Below, piece by piece: positions 1 to 9,460 of a DNA stretch of 64,000 nt; the first letter of the stretch is position 1, and each line of letters begins with the position of its first letter. Made by a program: the position numbers and the translations under genes. The DNA is from Bacillota bacterium. GTDB lineage: Bacteria > Bacillota > DTU025. Under the pieces are notes generated by a model. That model saw only the letters and a program-made list of their open reading frames with translations, was not told where the DNA came from and searched no databases. Location: positions 1,088,001 to 1,152,000 of the forward strand of contig JBMNJT010000002.1 in NCBI GenBank assembly GCA_050951805.1, in the 5' to 3' direction.

Positions 1-113
1 GAACTCGTGGTGGTGGAGCCCCTCGGGGAAGAAGCGGGGGTAGGGACCGCAGATAAAGAGCGTATGACTTCGATGCGAATAGTGTGAAGAGGATACAGCG
101 CTTGTAGCAAGAT

Positions 114-137
114 AGCCGGAATAGCTCCGGCTTTTTT
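114..137 (+). terminator. Intrinsic terminator of the upstream (out-of-window) gene
   Basis: AGCCGGA-atagc-TCCGGCT stem followed by a T run. Confidence 0.8.
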
Positions 138-144
138 GTTTTTT

Positions 145-171
145 GAAGGGACTCGGCTACCAAAGTAGAAT
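145..171 (+). promoter_or_regulatory. Sigma-H-type promoter for buk-ptb-buk-vor
   Basis: GAAGGG-N17-GAAT, matching the RNAGGA-N17-GAAT geometry. Confidence 0.55.
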
Positions 172-201
172 ATACAATACTGTGTACGACTTGGGAAGGC
201 G

Positions 202-1299
202 GTGGGTCCGTTGGGATGCATTGATCGGACTTTCACAGTTCTCGTGGTAAACACAGGTTCCACATCCACCAAGATTGCGGTTTTCTGCGGCTGCAAACTG
301 CTCTTTTCAGACAACATACAACATCCCCCTGATGAACTGGCGCGATATGCCAGAATCCCTGAGCAACTCGAATATCGCAAAGATGTGATCCAGCGCAGCC
401 TCGCTAGTAGTGGTGTAGCGCTCGAGCAGATAGACGCGATCATATCCCGCGGTGGCGCCCTCAAGCCGGTGCCTGGCGGAGTCTATCTGATAGATGAAGC
501 TGTGGTAGACGACCTTCTCAACCGTCCATCCACGGAGCATGCCGCTAATCTGGCCGCTCCGATTGCCCGTGCCTTTGCCGACTCATTGGGAGTCCCCGCT
601 TATTTTGCCGATCCAATATCAGTAGATGAGTATGAGCCTCTTGCGAGGCTATCCGGATTGCCGGAGATCTCGCGGGTGTCCAAACTACATGCGCTTTCCA
701 TCCGAAGCACTGCAGCAAAAGCCGCTGCGAGTCTCGGCAAGGCGCTGAAAGAGGCAAACCTTGTGGTCGCCCATCTTGGCAGCGGGATATCGATATCCCC
801 GGTCAAGGCTGGTAAAATGGTGGACGCCAATGGGGCGGATGATGAAGGCCCGTTCTCGCCGGAACGCTCAGGTTCTGTGCCCATGAGCGATCTGGTGACT
901 TTGTGTTATTCGGGGCAGTATGATGAGGGCGAATTGATTCATCTACTCACCCATGGAAGCGGGCTTTTTGCACATCTAGGGACTACCGATGCTCGCGAGG
1001 TCGAGAAGATGATCCTTGCGGGAAATACGCGTGCGTCAGATGTAGAGCAGGCCATGGCCTACCAGATATCCAAGGAGATAGGAGCCATGGCAACAGTTCT
1101 TTGTGGGCGTGTTGACGCGATTGTTCTTACCGGAGGGCTTGCAGCTTGGGATCGCCTGGTTGGACACATCACAGAGAGATGCTGCTTCATAGCGCCCGTA
1201 ATCACCTATCCTGGCGAGAACGAGATGGAAGCTTTAGCGAGCAGCGTCATAAGAGTGCTTGCCGGGGAGGAAGAAGCAAGAGTATATGCATCAGTCTGA
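202..1299 (+). CDS. buk: Butyrate/branched-chain carboxylate kinase (copy 1)
   Basis: N(T)GSTSTK, SRGG.LKP, HA.NL, AHLGSGIS, GPFSPERSG, LTGG and YPGENEM motifs; exact start uncertain. Confidence 0.93.
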   Translation: MGPLGCIDRTFTVLVVNTGSTSTKIAVFCGCKLLFSDNIQHPPDELARYARIPEQLEYRKDVIQRSLASSGVALEQIDAIISRGGALKPVPGGVYLIDEAVVDDLLNRPSTEHAANLAAPIARAFADSLGVPAYFADPISVDEYEPLARLSGLPEISRVSKLHALSIRSTAAKAAASLGKALKEANLVVAHLGSGISISPVKAGKMVDANGADDEGPFSPERSGSVPMSDLVTLCYSGQYDEGELIHLLTHGSGLFAHLGTTDAREVEKMILAGNTRASDVEQAMAYQISKEIGAMATVLCGRVDAIVLTGGLAAWDRLVGHITERCCFIAPVITYPGENEMEALASSVIRVLAGEEEARVYASV

Positions 1300-1346
1300 T
1301 CAGATTGGGATTTGATCCGAAGACATACCTGAGGGAGGAGATGTCG

Positions 1347-2243
1347 ATGCTTGCAGCTTTCGATGAGGTTGTAGCGCGCGCGAAGAAGCGCCCTTCAGCT
1401 AAGGTGGCAGTTGCTGTTGCACAAGATCGTGAAGTGCTCGAAGCCATTCAAATGGCTCATGGGATTGGGATGGGCGCGTTCGTCCTCGTAGGGGATGAGA
1501 AGTTGATACGACCGCTGGCGTCAGAAGTGGGCCTTGACCTTTCTGAATTGGAAATTGTCCATGAACCTGATGCCAGGACTGCTGCCCTGCACGCGGTTGA
1601 ACTAGTCAGCTCTGGGCAGGCGGGCATATTGATGAAAGGCCTGATCCCAACTGCCGATTTCCTTAGGGCTGTTTTAGATAAGGAGGTTGGTCTCCGGACC
1701 GGGAAGCTATTGAGCCATGTGGCGGTCTTCAAATCTCCGAGGTACGATAGGCTGATTTACATGACCGATGGTGCTATGGTAGTGGCGCCCACGCTTCAAG
1801 ACAAAGTACAGATAATTCAGAACGCAGTAGGGGTGGCACACAAGCTCGACAACGAAGTGCCTAAGGTTGCGTGCATAGCCGCTGTCGAGGTGGTCAATCC
1901 AGACATGCCTGAGACTGTTGAAGCGGCAGCGCTGGCCAAGATGTGCGATAGGAACCAGATACGCGGATGCATTGTAGATGGCCCTCTTGGCCTTGACAAT
2001 GCAGTTTCTGAGGAGTCTGCACGCCACAAGGGAGTGGATGGCCCTGTGGCCGGCAGAGCAGACATTTTGCTTGTTCCAAACATTGTTGCAGGAAACGTCA
2101 TATACAAAACCCTGGTTTATTTCGGCCAAGTTGAGACCGCGGCTATACTGACCGGAGCTCGTGCTCCAATCGTGCTCACGTCGCGCTCAGACTCTCCTGA
2201 AGCCAGGCTGAACTCGCTCGCGCTGGCTATTGCAACGTCATAG
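1347..2243 (+). CDS. ptb: Phosphate butyryltransferase
   Basis: LMKGLI.T, DGPLGLDNA, PNI.AGN and PIVLTSRSDS motifs; SD GGAGG before ATG 1347. Confidence 0.93.
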   Translation: MLAAFDEVVARAKKRPSAKVAVAVAQDREVLEAIQMAHGIGMGAFVLVGDEKLIRPLASEVGLDLSELEIVHEPDARTAALHAVELVSSGQAGILMKGLIPTADFLRAVLDKEVGLRTGKLLSHVAVFKSPRYDRLIYMTDGAMVVAPTLQDKVQIIQNAVGVAHKLDNEVPKVACIAAVEVVNPDMPETVEAAALAKMCDRNQIRGCIVDGPLGLDNAVSEESARHKGVDGPVAGRADILLVPNIVAGNVIYKTLVYFGQVETAAILTGARAPIVLTSRSDSPEARLNSLALAIATS

Positions 2244-2260
2244 TAACGGAGGTGGTTGGA

Positions 2261-3349
2261 GTGAGCGATTTCAGGGTTCTCGTCATTAACCCCGGGTCCA
2301 CTTCAACGAAGGTAGCCGTCTTTGAAGGAGATCGTTCAGCGGCGTCCGAAAGTCTCAGACATGATGCCGATATGATAGCTTCCTACCCCCGCATCTTCGA
2401 TCAGTTTGATATGCGAAAGGAAGCGGTGTTCGACTTCATGGAAAGGTTACCGTTTCCTGCAGATACTCTGTCAGCCGTGGTTGGACGTGGTGGGGTATTG
2501 CCTCCCATGGAGGGCGGAGTCTACATCGTAGATGATGTGCTGGTGGATGCCCTGTATGAATGGGGATGGAATCACGCTTCAAGCCTTGGTGGAATCATAG
2601 CCAAGGAAATAGCCGATTCTCTGGGGATTCCCTCTTATATTGCTGACCCAACAACAACTGACGAGCTTGACAACATTGCCCGCATGACTGGCATTCCCGG
2701 GATTGAACGCCGGAGTGTCTTCCATGCCCTCAATCAAAAGGCGATGGCGCGCAAAGCCGCGCGCGATTTGGGGCGGAAATATGAGGAGTGTAACTTCATA
2801 GTGGTTCACCTCGGTGGGGGCATCAGTATAGGCGGACACAAGCGCGGGCGCGTTGTCGAGGTCAGCAACGCGTTGGATGGAGAAGGTCCATATTCATCTG
2901 AGCGGTCCGGTAGCCTTCCCAATACGTCTTTGGTGAAGCTCTGCTTCTCAGGAAAATACACAGAGGCGGAAATGAGAAGGAAGATAACCGGACAAGGCGG
3001 CCTTGTGGCATATCTTGGAACAAATTCGTTGCTGGATGTTGAGAAGAAGATTGAGGAAGGAGATGATTATGCCAGGATTTGCTATGAAGGTATGGCCTAT
3101 CAAGTAGCAAAGGAGATAGGCCGTGTGGCTTGTGCCCTTTCAGGAGATGTGGATGCGATCATCCTTACAGGAGGCGCTGCGAATTCGAAAATGCTTGTGT
3201 CCTGGATTGAGGAGCGAGTCAAATTCATTGCCAGCGTGATGGTGTATCCTGGTGAAGCAGAGATGGAGGCGCTGGCCGATGCAGGCCTCAGGGTCCTCCG
3301 GGGTCTTGAGGAACCCAAACGAATGATGTTGGGAGGAGGCGGCCGATGA
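2261..3349 (+). CDS. buk: Butyrate/branched-chain carboxylate kinase (copy 2)
   Basis: INPGSTSTK, FHALNQKA, HLGGGIS and YPGE.EM motifs; GTG after GGAGGTG. Confidence 0.95.
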   Translation: MSDFRVLVINPGSTSTKVAVFEGDRSAASESLRHDADMIASYPRIFDQFDMRKEAVFDFMERLPFPADTLSAVVGRGGVLPPMEGGVYIVDDVLVDALYEWGWNHASSLGGIIAKEIADSLGIPSYIADPTTTDELDNIARMTGIPGIERRSVFHALNQKAMARKAARDLGRKYEECNFIVVHLGGGISIGGHKRGRVVEVSNALDGEGPYSSERSGSLPNTSLVKLCFSGKYTEAEMRRKITGQGGLVAYLGTNSLLDVEKKIEEGDDYARICYEGMAYQVAKEIGRVACALSGDVDAIILTGGAANSKMLVSWIEERVKFIASVMVYPGEAEMEALADAGLRVLRGLEEPKRMMLGGGGR

Positions 3350-3552
3350 CGAAAGTTGTATTTGACGAGGAAAAGTGCAAGGGTTGTGGGTTGTGTGTGC
3401 AGTTTTGCCCCAAGAAAGCGATAATTATGGCCGAGAGGATAAACACCAAAGGCTATCACCCCGCTGTCCTCGCAGATGAGGAGAACTGTATTTCTTGCGG
3501 GATTTGCGCACGAATGTGTCCTGACGCTGTTATCGAAGTATTCAAACCCTGA
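3346..3552 (+). CDS. 2x[4Fe-4S] ferredoxin, delta subunit of a 2-oxoacid:ferredoxin oxidoreductase
   Basis: Two CxxCxxCxxxCP motifs; directly precedes the alpha subunit. Confidence 0.92.
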   Translation: MTKVVFDEEKCKGCGLCVQFCPKKAIIMAERINTKGYHPAVLADEENCISCGICARMCPDAVIEVFKP

Positions 3553-3566
3553 GGAGGGCAGTATGC

Positions 3567-4637
3567 ATGGCAGAACGCAAATTGTTTAAAGGAAATGAAG
3601 CCGTTGCTGAGGCTGCCGTCAGGGCTGGGTGCAGGTACTTCTTCGGGTATCCGATAACTCCCCAGAACGAAATCCCTGAGTACATGGCCCGAAGGTTGCC
3701 TGAAGTCGGCGGCCTGTTTCTGCAGGCTGAGAGTGAAGTAGCGGCTATAAACATGGTTTATGGGGCTGCTGGAACCGGAGCGCGCGTAATGACTTCATCA
3801 TCGAGCCCTGGCATTAGTCTCAAGCAGGAAGGAATATCTTACATAGCCGGAGCCGAGTTGCCGTGTCTCATAGTCAACATGGTCCGGGGAGGACCGGGGC
3901 TGGGCGGAATTCAGCCGGCTCAGAGCGACTATTTCCAGGCAGTGAAGGGCGGCGGACATGGCGATTATTACACAATCGTATATGCCCCTGCATCGATACA
4001 GGAAATGGTTGACTTGACTATGCAGGCATTCGATGTGGCCGAAACATACCGCATGCCGGTGATGATCCTTGGAGACGGGGTGCTCGGTCAGATGATGGAA
4101 CCAGTAGAGTTCCGGGATCCTGTGCCAAGAGAACTCCCGCCCAAGGACTGGGCGACTACCGGGGCAAAAGATGGACGCGCCCCACGTCTGATAAACTCTA
4201 TCTACCTGAAACCCGATGAGCTGTTCAAACATAACCTCAAGATAGCCGAAAGGTTCGAACAGGCGAAGAAGAACGAAGTGATGTGCGAGAAGGCGAATAC
4301 TGATGATGCCGACATCGTGCTAGTGGCCTACGGGACCACTGCTAGGGTGTGCCGGTCAGTGATGGACAGGGCTCGCGCTGCCGGGCTCAAGGTCGGACTG
4401 ATCCGTCCCATCACGGTCTCTCCGTTCCCATACGATGACATTGCCGAGGTTGCTCGCACTGCCAAGGCTTTCTTGACGGTGGAGATGAGCCTTGGGCAGA
4501 TGGTGGAAGACGTGAAAGTGGCGGTGTACGGTGCTGCTCCAGTCCACTTTTACGGAACTACCGGCGGCGTGATTCCAACTGCCGCCGATATTATGGCGCG
4601 CGTCGAGGAGATTGCCAGGGCGGAGGTGCGGAAATGA
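3567..4637 (+). CDS. vorB: 2-oxoacid (ketoisovalerate):ferredoxin oxidoreductase alpha-type subunit
   Basis: [18 protein letters not shown] and TSSSSPG motifs. Confidence 0.9.
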   Translation: MAERKLFKGNEAVAEAAVRAGCRYFFGYPITPQNEIPEYMARRLPEVGGLFLQAESEVAAINMVYGAAGTGARVMTSSSSPGISLKQEGISYIAGAELPCLIVNMVRGGPGLGGIQPAQSDYFQAVKGGGHGDYYTIVYAPASIQEMVDLTMQAFDVAETYRMPVMILGDGVLGQMMEPVEFRDPVPRELPPKDWATTGAKDGRAPRLINSIYLKPDELFKHNLKIAERFEQAKKNEVMCEKANTDDADIVLVAYGTTARVCRSVMDRARAAGLKVGLIRPITVSPFPYDDIAEVARTAKAFLTVEMSLGQMVEDVKVAVYGAAPVHFYGTTGGVIPTAADIMARVEEIARAEVRK

Positions 4638-5383
4638 AGCAAGTATATTCTGTTCCAAAGTCACTGCAACCAAGGTCGACGCATTACTGCCCCGGTTGCA
4701 CCCATGGGATAGTGCACAAACTGGTTGCGGAGGCCATCGACGATCTCGAGATCAGGGACCGCGCCATTGGAGTGGCGCCGGTGGGGTGCGCAGTCTTCGC
4801 ATACGACTACTTCGACTGCGATTTCCAGCAGGCGGCACATGGGCGTGCCCCGGCTGTTGCTACAGGAATAAAGCGGGCAGTGCCCGACTCGGTCGTATTC
4901 ACGTATCAGGGTGATGGCGATTTGGCTTCGATTGGAGCCGCTGAAATAGTCCATGCCGCGATGAGAGGCGAGCGCATTACTGTGATATTCGTCAACAACG
5001 CCATATACGGCATGACCGGCGGCCAGATGGCTCCGACTACGTTGGTGGGCCAGAAAGCCACTACCGCGCCTTTTGGCAGACAGAAGGAGCACTGCGGCAG
5101 CCCGCTTCGGATTTCAGAGATGTTGGCCACGATTCCCGGTGCAGCATACATCGCCAGGGTTGCACTTTCATCCCCGGGAAATGTTGCAAAGGCAAAGACT
5201 GCTATCAGGAAGGCATTCGAGACGCAACTGGCCGGCGAGGGATTTGCCCTTGTGGAGTGCTTGTCTACATGTCCGACAAACTGGGGAATGGCGCCATACG
5301 AGGCAATGCAATGGCTGGAGGAGAACATGATACCATACTATCCCCTTGGAGAGTTCCGAACTCCGGAAGGGGGGGCTGAATAA
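4634..5383 (+). CDS. 2-oxoacid:ferredoxin oxidoreductase beta (TPP-binding) subunit
   Basis: YCPGC.HG, AHGRA, GDGD...[10 protein letters not shown] and CPTNW motifs. Confidence 0.92.
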   Translation: MKQVYSVPKSLQPRSTHYCPGCTHGIVHKLVAEAIDDLEIRDRAIGVAPVGCAVFAYDYFDCDFQQAAHGRAPAVATGIKRAVPDSVVFTYQGDGDLASIGAAEIVHAAMRGERITVIFVNNAIYGMTGGQMAPTTLVGQKATTAPFGRQKEHCGSPLRISEMLATIPGAAYIARVALSSPGNVAKAKTAIRKAFETQLAGEGFALVECLSTCPTNWGMAPYEAMQWLEENMIPYYPLGEFRTPEGGAE

Positions 5384-5919
5384 TGCTTGAGGAACTGATC
5401 ATATCTGGATTCGGCGGGCAGGGCGTAATGGTTATTGGCCAGTTGCTGTCCTATGCAGGCCTGCTCGAAGGGAAAAACGTGTCGTGGATACCTTCATATG
5501 GGCCTGAGATGCGTGGTGGCACCGCCAACTGCTCGGTTGTGATATCAACAGATCCGATAGGTTCGCCTATCGTGTCGGAGCCATTATCGGTCATAGTCAT
5601 GAATAGGCCTTCACTCGACAGGTTCGAATCCGCACTGAGGCCAGGGGGACTGCTCGTATACAACAGTTCTCTGATAGATAGAGCTCCGATTCGCACGGAT
5701 GTAAGGGTGATTGCAGTTCCAGTCAACGACATGGCTGCCGAGCTTGGATCTGATCGGGTGGGCAACATGTGCGCCCTTGGCGCGTATCTTGCTGCGACAC
5801 GCGTGGTATCAATTGATTCCATAGCTGAGAGTCTTAAGGAGGTACTGCCTCCAAGGAGGCATGACCTTATACCACTCAACCTCAAAGCGTTGGAAGCTGG
5901 AAGAGAACTGATTAAGTAG
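5383..5919 (+). CDS. 2-oxoacid:ferredoxin oxidoreductase gamma subunit
   Basis: GFGGQG and SYGPEMRGG motifs. Confidence 0.92.
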   Translation: MLEELIISGFGGQGVMVIGQLLSYAGLLEGKNVSWIPSYGPEMRGGTANCSVVISTDPIGSPIVSEPLSVIVMNRPSLDRFESALRPGGLLVYNSSLIDRAPIRTDVRVIAVPVNDMAAELGSDRVGNMCALGAYLAATRVVSIDSIAESLKEVLPPRRHDLIPLNLKALEAGRELIK

Positions 5920-6413
5920 GCGCAAATACCCATGGATCAGGCATTTCTTGAGGAGCTGTTGTGCCTGTGCGGAGCCTGTTTTGGAATAGTGGCACATCAC
6001 ATCGCCGCTGAAACTCGATGCGCGGCAAAGATGGCAATTGGTGATCAATTGCGAGCTCAGCAAGACAATCAAGGCGGCACTGAACATGGTGTAGCGCAAA
6101 ATACGGTGCTCGCTATCGATACAGTGTTAGGTATGATGTTGAAGGTCAATATAGCATGCAAGTAGTACAACGCTTGAAACATGGCCGGCCTGAGGCGGGA
6201 GGATCTGTAGCCGCTATCGGGCCGGCTGTGATTTGACGGTGAAGGAGCATTTCGCAGAAACATACCCGACATGGGTATAGCACGCTCGCAGCGCCTGGCA
6301 TCAGGCTGGCTACGGGTTGAGAATGCCAAGGCTTGTAGCTGGGCATAAATGAACGAGGCCTTGCGGCCAGCATGCCATGGTTGTGGCGGCACAGTGCAGC
6401 GGTAGATCATGGC

Positions 6414-6440
6414 AAAGGGACGCCGGTCAGTGGCGTCCCT
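6414..6440 (-). terminator. Terminator hairpin downstream of gdh
   Basis: AGGGACGCC-ggtcagt-GGCGTCCCT 9-bp stem with a short T tail on the minus strand. Confidence 0.6.
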
Positions 6441-6476
6441 CGGGATCAGGTTAGTTTTGGGTCATTTCGGCCGCGA

Positions 6477-7727
6477 TCACGGGAAAATGCCCCGCATTTT
6501 GATGGCGTCCGCTACCCTTTTCACTCCGAGAATATAGGCGCCTGTACGGAGACTGAGATCTTCTTCATGAGCGAAATCCCAGACTTCTGCGAAGCTATGG
6601 GTCATAATCTTGTCCAGCCTCGAGTTGACTTCTTCCTCAGTCCAGTAGAAGTTCTGGAGATTCTGCACCCACTCGAAGTAGGAACAGATGACTCCGCCTG
6701 CATTTGCAAGGATATCCGGGACAACGAGGACGCCGTTTGCCGCGAGGATCTTGTCGGCCTCGGCAGTAGTGGGCCCGTTTGCGCCTTCAACGATAAACTT
6801 TGCTCTGACGTCTTCTGCGTTTTCTTCAGTGATCTGATTCTGCAATGCGGCCGGGATAAGAAGATCGACGTCGAGGGTGAGAAGGTCAGCATTTGATATA
6901 TTGCTGACTCCCGGTTCGCTGTAGCCTTCAAGAACTCTATTCTCCTCGACATACTTGGTTATGTGAGGTATGTTGAGTCCTCCCGGGTTGTAGTGTCCGC
7001 CGCTAATGTCGCTCACGGCTACTACCTTGCAACCCATTTCGTGGGCTAAGGTAGCGGCAACTGAACCGACATTTCCGTAGCCTTGCACTGCACATGTGAT
7101 CTCAGAAGGCTTCTTATTGAGCCGAAGCAGCAACTCGCGGACGGCGAAGACCACACCGCGTCCAGTGGCTTCGCGTCGCCCAATTGACCCGCCGATCGGG
7201 ACTGGCTTGCCTGTGACTACACCCGGACTGTAGACTCCGTTAAGGACGGAATAGGTATCGACGAACCAGCCCATGATCTGGGCGTTTGTTCCCATGTCCG
7301 GAGCGGGTATGTCTTTTTCAGGCCCTATAATGGGGTAGATAGCGTAGACATAACGTCGTGTCAATCGTTTTAGCTCGTTCTCTGAAAGTTGTGTAGGATC
7401 AACGCGAATGCCGCCTTTGCCGCCCCCATAAGGGATTCCGGCGACAGCGCATTTCCAGGTCATCCACGAAGAGAGAGCCTTCACTTCGTCCATGCATACG
7501 TCCATGGCATAACGAACTCCACCTTTTGCGGGACCGCGTACGGTGGAGTGCTGGCACCTGTATCCAGTAAATACCTTGATGCTCCCGTCGTCCATTTCGA
7601 TGGGAAGCGCAACCTCGAGGGTGCGCTCTGGTTCTGCGAGGATCTCGAATATGCCGGGCTCAAGATTGAGGATTCGAGCTGCCTCGCGAAGCCGCGCTAG
7701 TACCTGCTCATACTGGCCGCCTGCCAT
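6477..7727 (-). CDS. gdhA: Glu/Leu/Phe/Val dehydrogenase, most likely glutamate dehydrogenase
   Basis: GPAKGG.R, GGGKGG, DIPAPDMGT, GYGNVG, EGANGP and NAGGV..SYFEW motifs; SD GGAGG. Confidence 0.92.
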   Translation of the reverse strand: MAGGQYEQVLARLREAARILNLEPGIFEILAEPERTLEVALPIEMDDGSIKVFTGYRCQHSTVRGPAKGGVRYAMDVCMDEVKALSSWMTWKCAVAGIPYGGGKGGIRVDPTQLSENELKRLTRRYVYAIYPIIGPEKDIPAPDMGTNAQIMGWFVDTYSVLNGVYSPGVVTGKPVPIGGSIGRREATGRGVVFAVRELLLRLNKKPSEITCAVQGYGNVGSVAATLAHEMGCKVVAVSDISGGHYNPGGLNIPHITKYVEENRVLEGYSEPGVSNISNADLLTLDVDLLIPAALQNQITEENAEDVRAKFIVEGANGPTTAEADKILAANGVLVVPDILANAGGVICSYFEWVQNLQNFYWTEEEVNSRLDKIMTHSFAEVWDFAHEEDLSLRTGAYILGVKRVADAIKMRGIFP

Positions 7728-7771
7728 TTTATTACCTCCATATATACTATGATCGCGGTTATAATTTAATA

Positions 7772-7798
7772 ATTCTCCATTTTCTTTCCCACTCCTGC
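7772..7798 (-). promoter_or_regulatory. Sigma-H-type promoter for gdh
   Basis: GCAGGA-N17-GAAT on the minus strand, perfect consensus. Confidence 0.7.
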
Positions 7799-8180
7799 TG
7801 CATAAAGTGGCGACTTATTCACTGATGCATATCGACCACACACTCAGGATAGGACTGGGCACCAATCTCATTTTAGATGGCGACTGCCTCGGTGGTGAGC
7901 ATGGGCGATGCATGATGTAAGTGTGCATACATCGCAAGTCGAGTTGCTGACGAGAAAGAGCTTGTGTTAGTTCGGATGGCGCATCTTTATGGACGTGGCT
8001 AGTTGAGTAACTCGGGAAAGCAAACGACTGTACGGATAAGGTCCGTGGCATGGAGTTTGACGCGCCAAGACGCGGAGCAAGACTGTTTGGAGTGGAGAAG
8101 AGAGGACACTATGAGGCTATTTCGCATCAACCGCTGACCGCGTTGACATGGTTGAGCGATGAAACTCAGCCCATTATTGG

Positions 8181-8207
8181 GAAGGAGTTGGCCATTACAT
8201 AGCGAAG
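8181..8207 (+). promoter_or_regulatory. Sigma-H-type promoter for the ABC transporter operon
   Basis: GAAGGA-N17-GAAG. Confidence 0.5.
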
Positions 8208-8250
8208 TCTAACCTCAGATTCAAACCACCTTAAAGGGGAGGATTATTGA

Positions 8251-9273
8251 ATGAGCTCTCTCAAACGTGTCCTAGTTGTTTTCCTGGCTGCGGGAATGCT
8301 CGTGGGTTGTGCATTCAACGGCTTTGCAGCTCCTGCGCCCAAAGTTGGAATTGTATTTGACATCGGCGGTCTAGGTGACCAGTCCTTTAATGACTCAGCC
8401 AATGTAGGCCTCGAGCGTCTCAAGAAAGAGTTGGGTTATGGCACTCGATATGTCGAATCGAACACACCATCTGACTATGAGCCTAACCTTGCTAGCCTTG
8501 CCAGAGAAGGCTATGATGTCGTTTGGGGTATCGGCTTTTTGATGGCTGACGCCGTTCAGAAGGTAGCCAAGCAGTTCCCGAATACCAAGTTTGGAATCAT
8601 TGACCATGGCTACAGTGATGCAGAATACAAGGAAATCCCCAACGTTCTCGGAATATTGTACAAAGAGCACGAGGGCTCCTTCCTAGTCGGAGTACTAGCG
8701 GCGCTGACCACAAAGACGAACACTGTGGGCTTTGTTGGCGGCATGGATATTCCGGTAATCCACAGATTTGAAGCTGGATACAAGGCCGGAGTATGGAAGA
8801 CCAATCCAAACATAAACATCATAGTGAACTACAGTGGCGCCTTTGACGATCCTGGCAAGGGCAAGACCATTGCCGAGTCGATGTTCCGCAGAAATGCCGA
8901 CGTGGTGTTCCACGCTGCCGGTTCCACCGGAATCGGGGTTATCCGCGCAGCCGAGGATCATGGCAAGTGGGCCATAGGTGTCGATTCCGACCAGAACCAT
9001 CTGGCCCCGAATAACGTCTTGAACTCAATGATAAAGAGAGTGGACGTTGGGGTTTTTGAGGGCACCAAGATGTTGCTGAAGCCGGGCTTTACGGGACGGA
9101 CGGTCGTTCTGGGCTTGCGCGAAAATGCAGTTGGGCTTGCTCCCGAAAAGTCTAACAGGGCGTCCGCGGCAGCCACGGCCAAGGCTCGCGAATGGGCAAA
9201 CATCATTGCCAGGGGCGAGTACGTAGTTCCCGAGTTTCCTGCAGAGGCAGACAAGCTTTACAAGAAGAAGTAG
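8251..9273 (+). CDS. BMP-family nucleoside ABC transporter substrate-binding protein
   Basis: GGLGDQSFN, EGSFL.G, IGVDSDQ and SMIKRVD motifs; signal peptide. Confidence 0.92.
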   Translation: MSSLKRVLVVFLAAGMLVGCAFNGFAAPAPKVGIVFDIGGLGDQSFNDSANVGLERLKKELGYGTRYVESNTPSDYEPNLASLAREGYDVVWGIGFLMADAVQKVAKQFPNTKFGIIDHGYSDAEYKEIPNVLGILYKEHEGSFLVGVLAALTTKTNTVGFVGGMDIPVIHRFEAGYKAGVWKTNPNINIIVNYSGAFDDPGKGKTIAESMFRRNADVVFHAAGSTGIGVIRAAEDHGKWAIGVDSDQNHLAPNNVLNSMIKRVDVGVFEGTKMLLKPGFTGRTVVLGLRENAVGLAPEKSNRASAAATAKAREWANIIARGEYVVPEFPAEADKLYKKK

Positions 9274-9383
9274 AAGAGAAACGAGGCAGCGATCTTTGGC
9301 AGCGGTTTTCTTATCTGATTCGAACAATTGGAGAACTGTGAATCAAGGTATTGCTGAAACAGCGCGAACCTAATGTAGTCTGA

Positions 9384-9421
9384 GGTTGGGCGCCAGCTGC
9401 CTCAGGGTCTGGCGCCCAACC
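9384..9421 (+). other. Strong intercistronic hairpin after bmp (mRNA stabiliser or attenuator)
   Basis: GGTTGGGCGCCAG...CTGGCGCCCAACC 13-bp inverted repeat, no U tract. Confidence 0.55.
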
Positions 9422-9460
9422 GTGCTATCTTCATAATGCTATCTTACTGGAGGGACTTGT

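Noticed and set aside
1-87. 3' end of an upstream CDS (Gly/Arg-rich frame ending TAA at 56, or an alternative frame ending TGA at 87)
   Set aside because: Too short to fix the frame or the product
5932-6410. Small ORFs (75-113 aa) in the vor-gdh spacer
   Set aside because: No SD, no recognisable motif, atypical composition
8026-8070. Purine riboswitch upstream of the nucleoside transporter (ACGGATAAGGTCCGT resembles P2/L2)
   Set aside because: The TTTCTACC junction and CCGTAAA loop are absent
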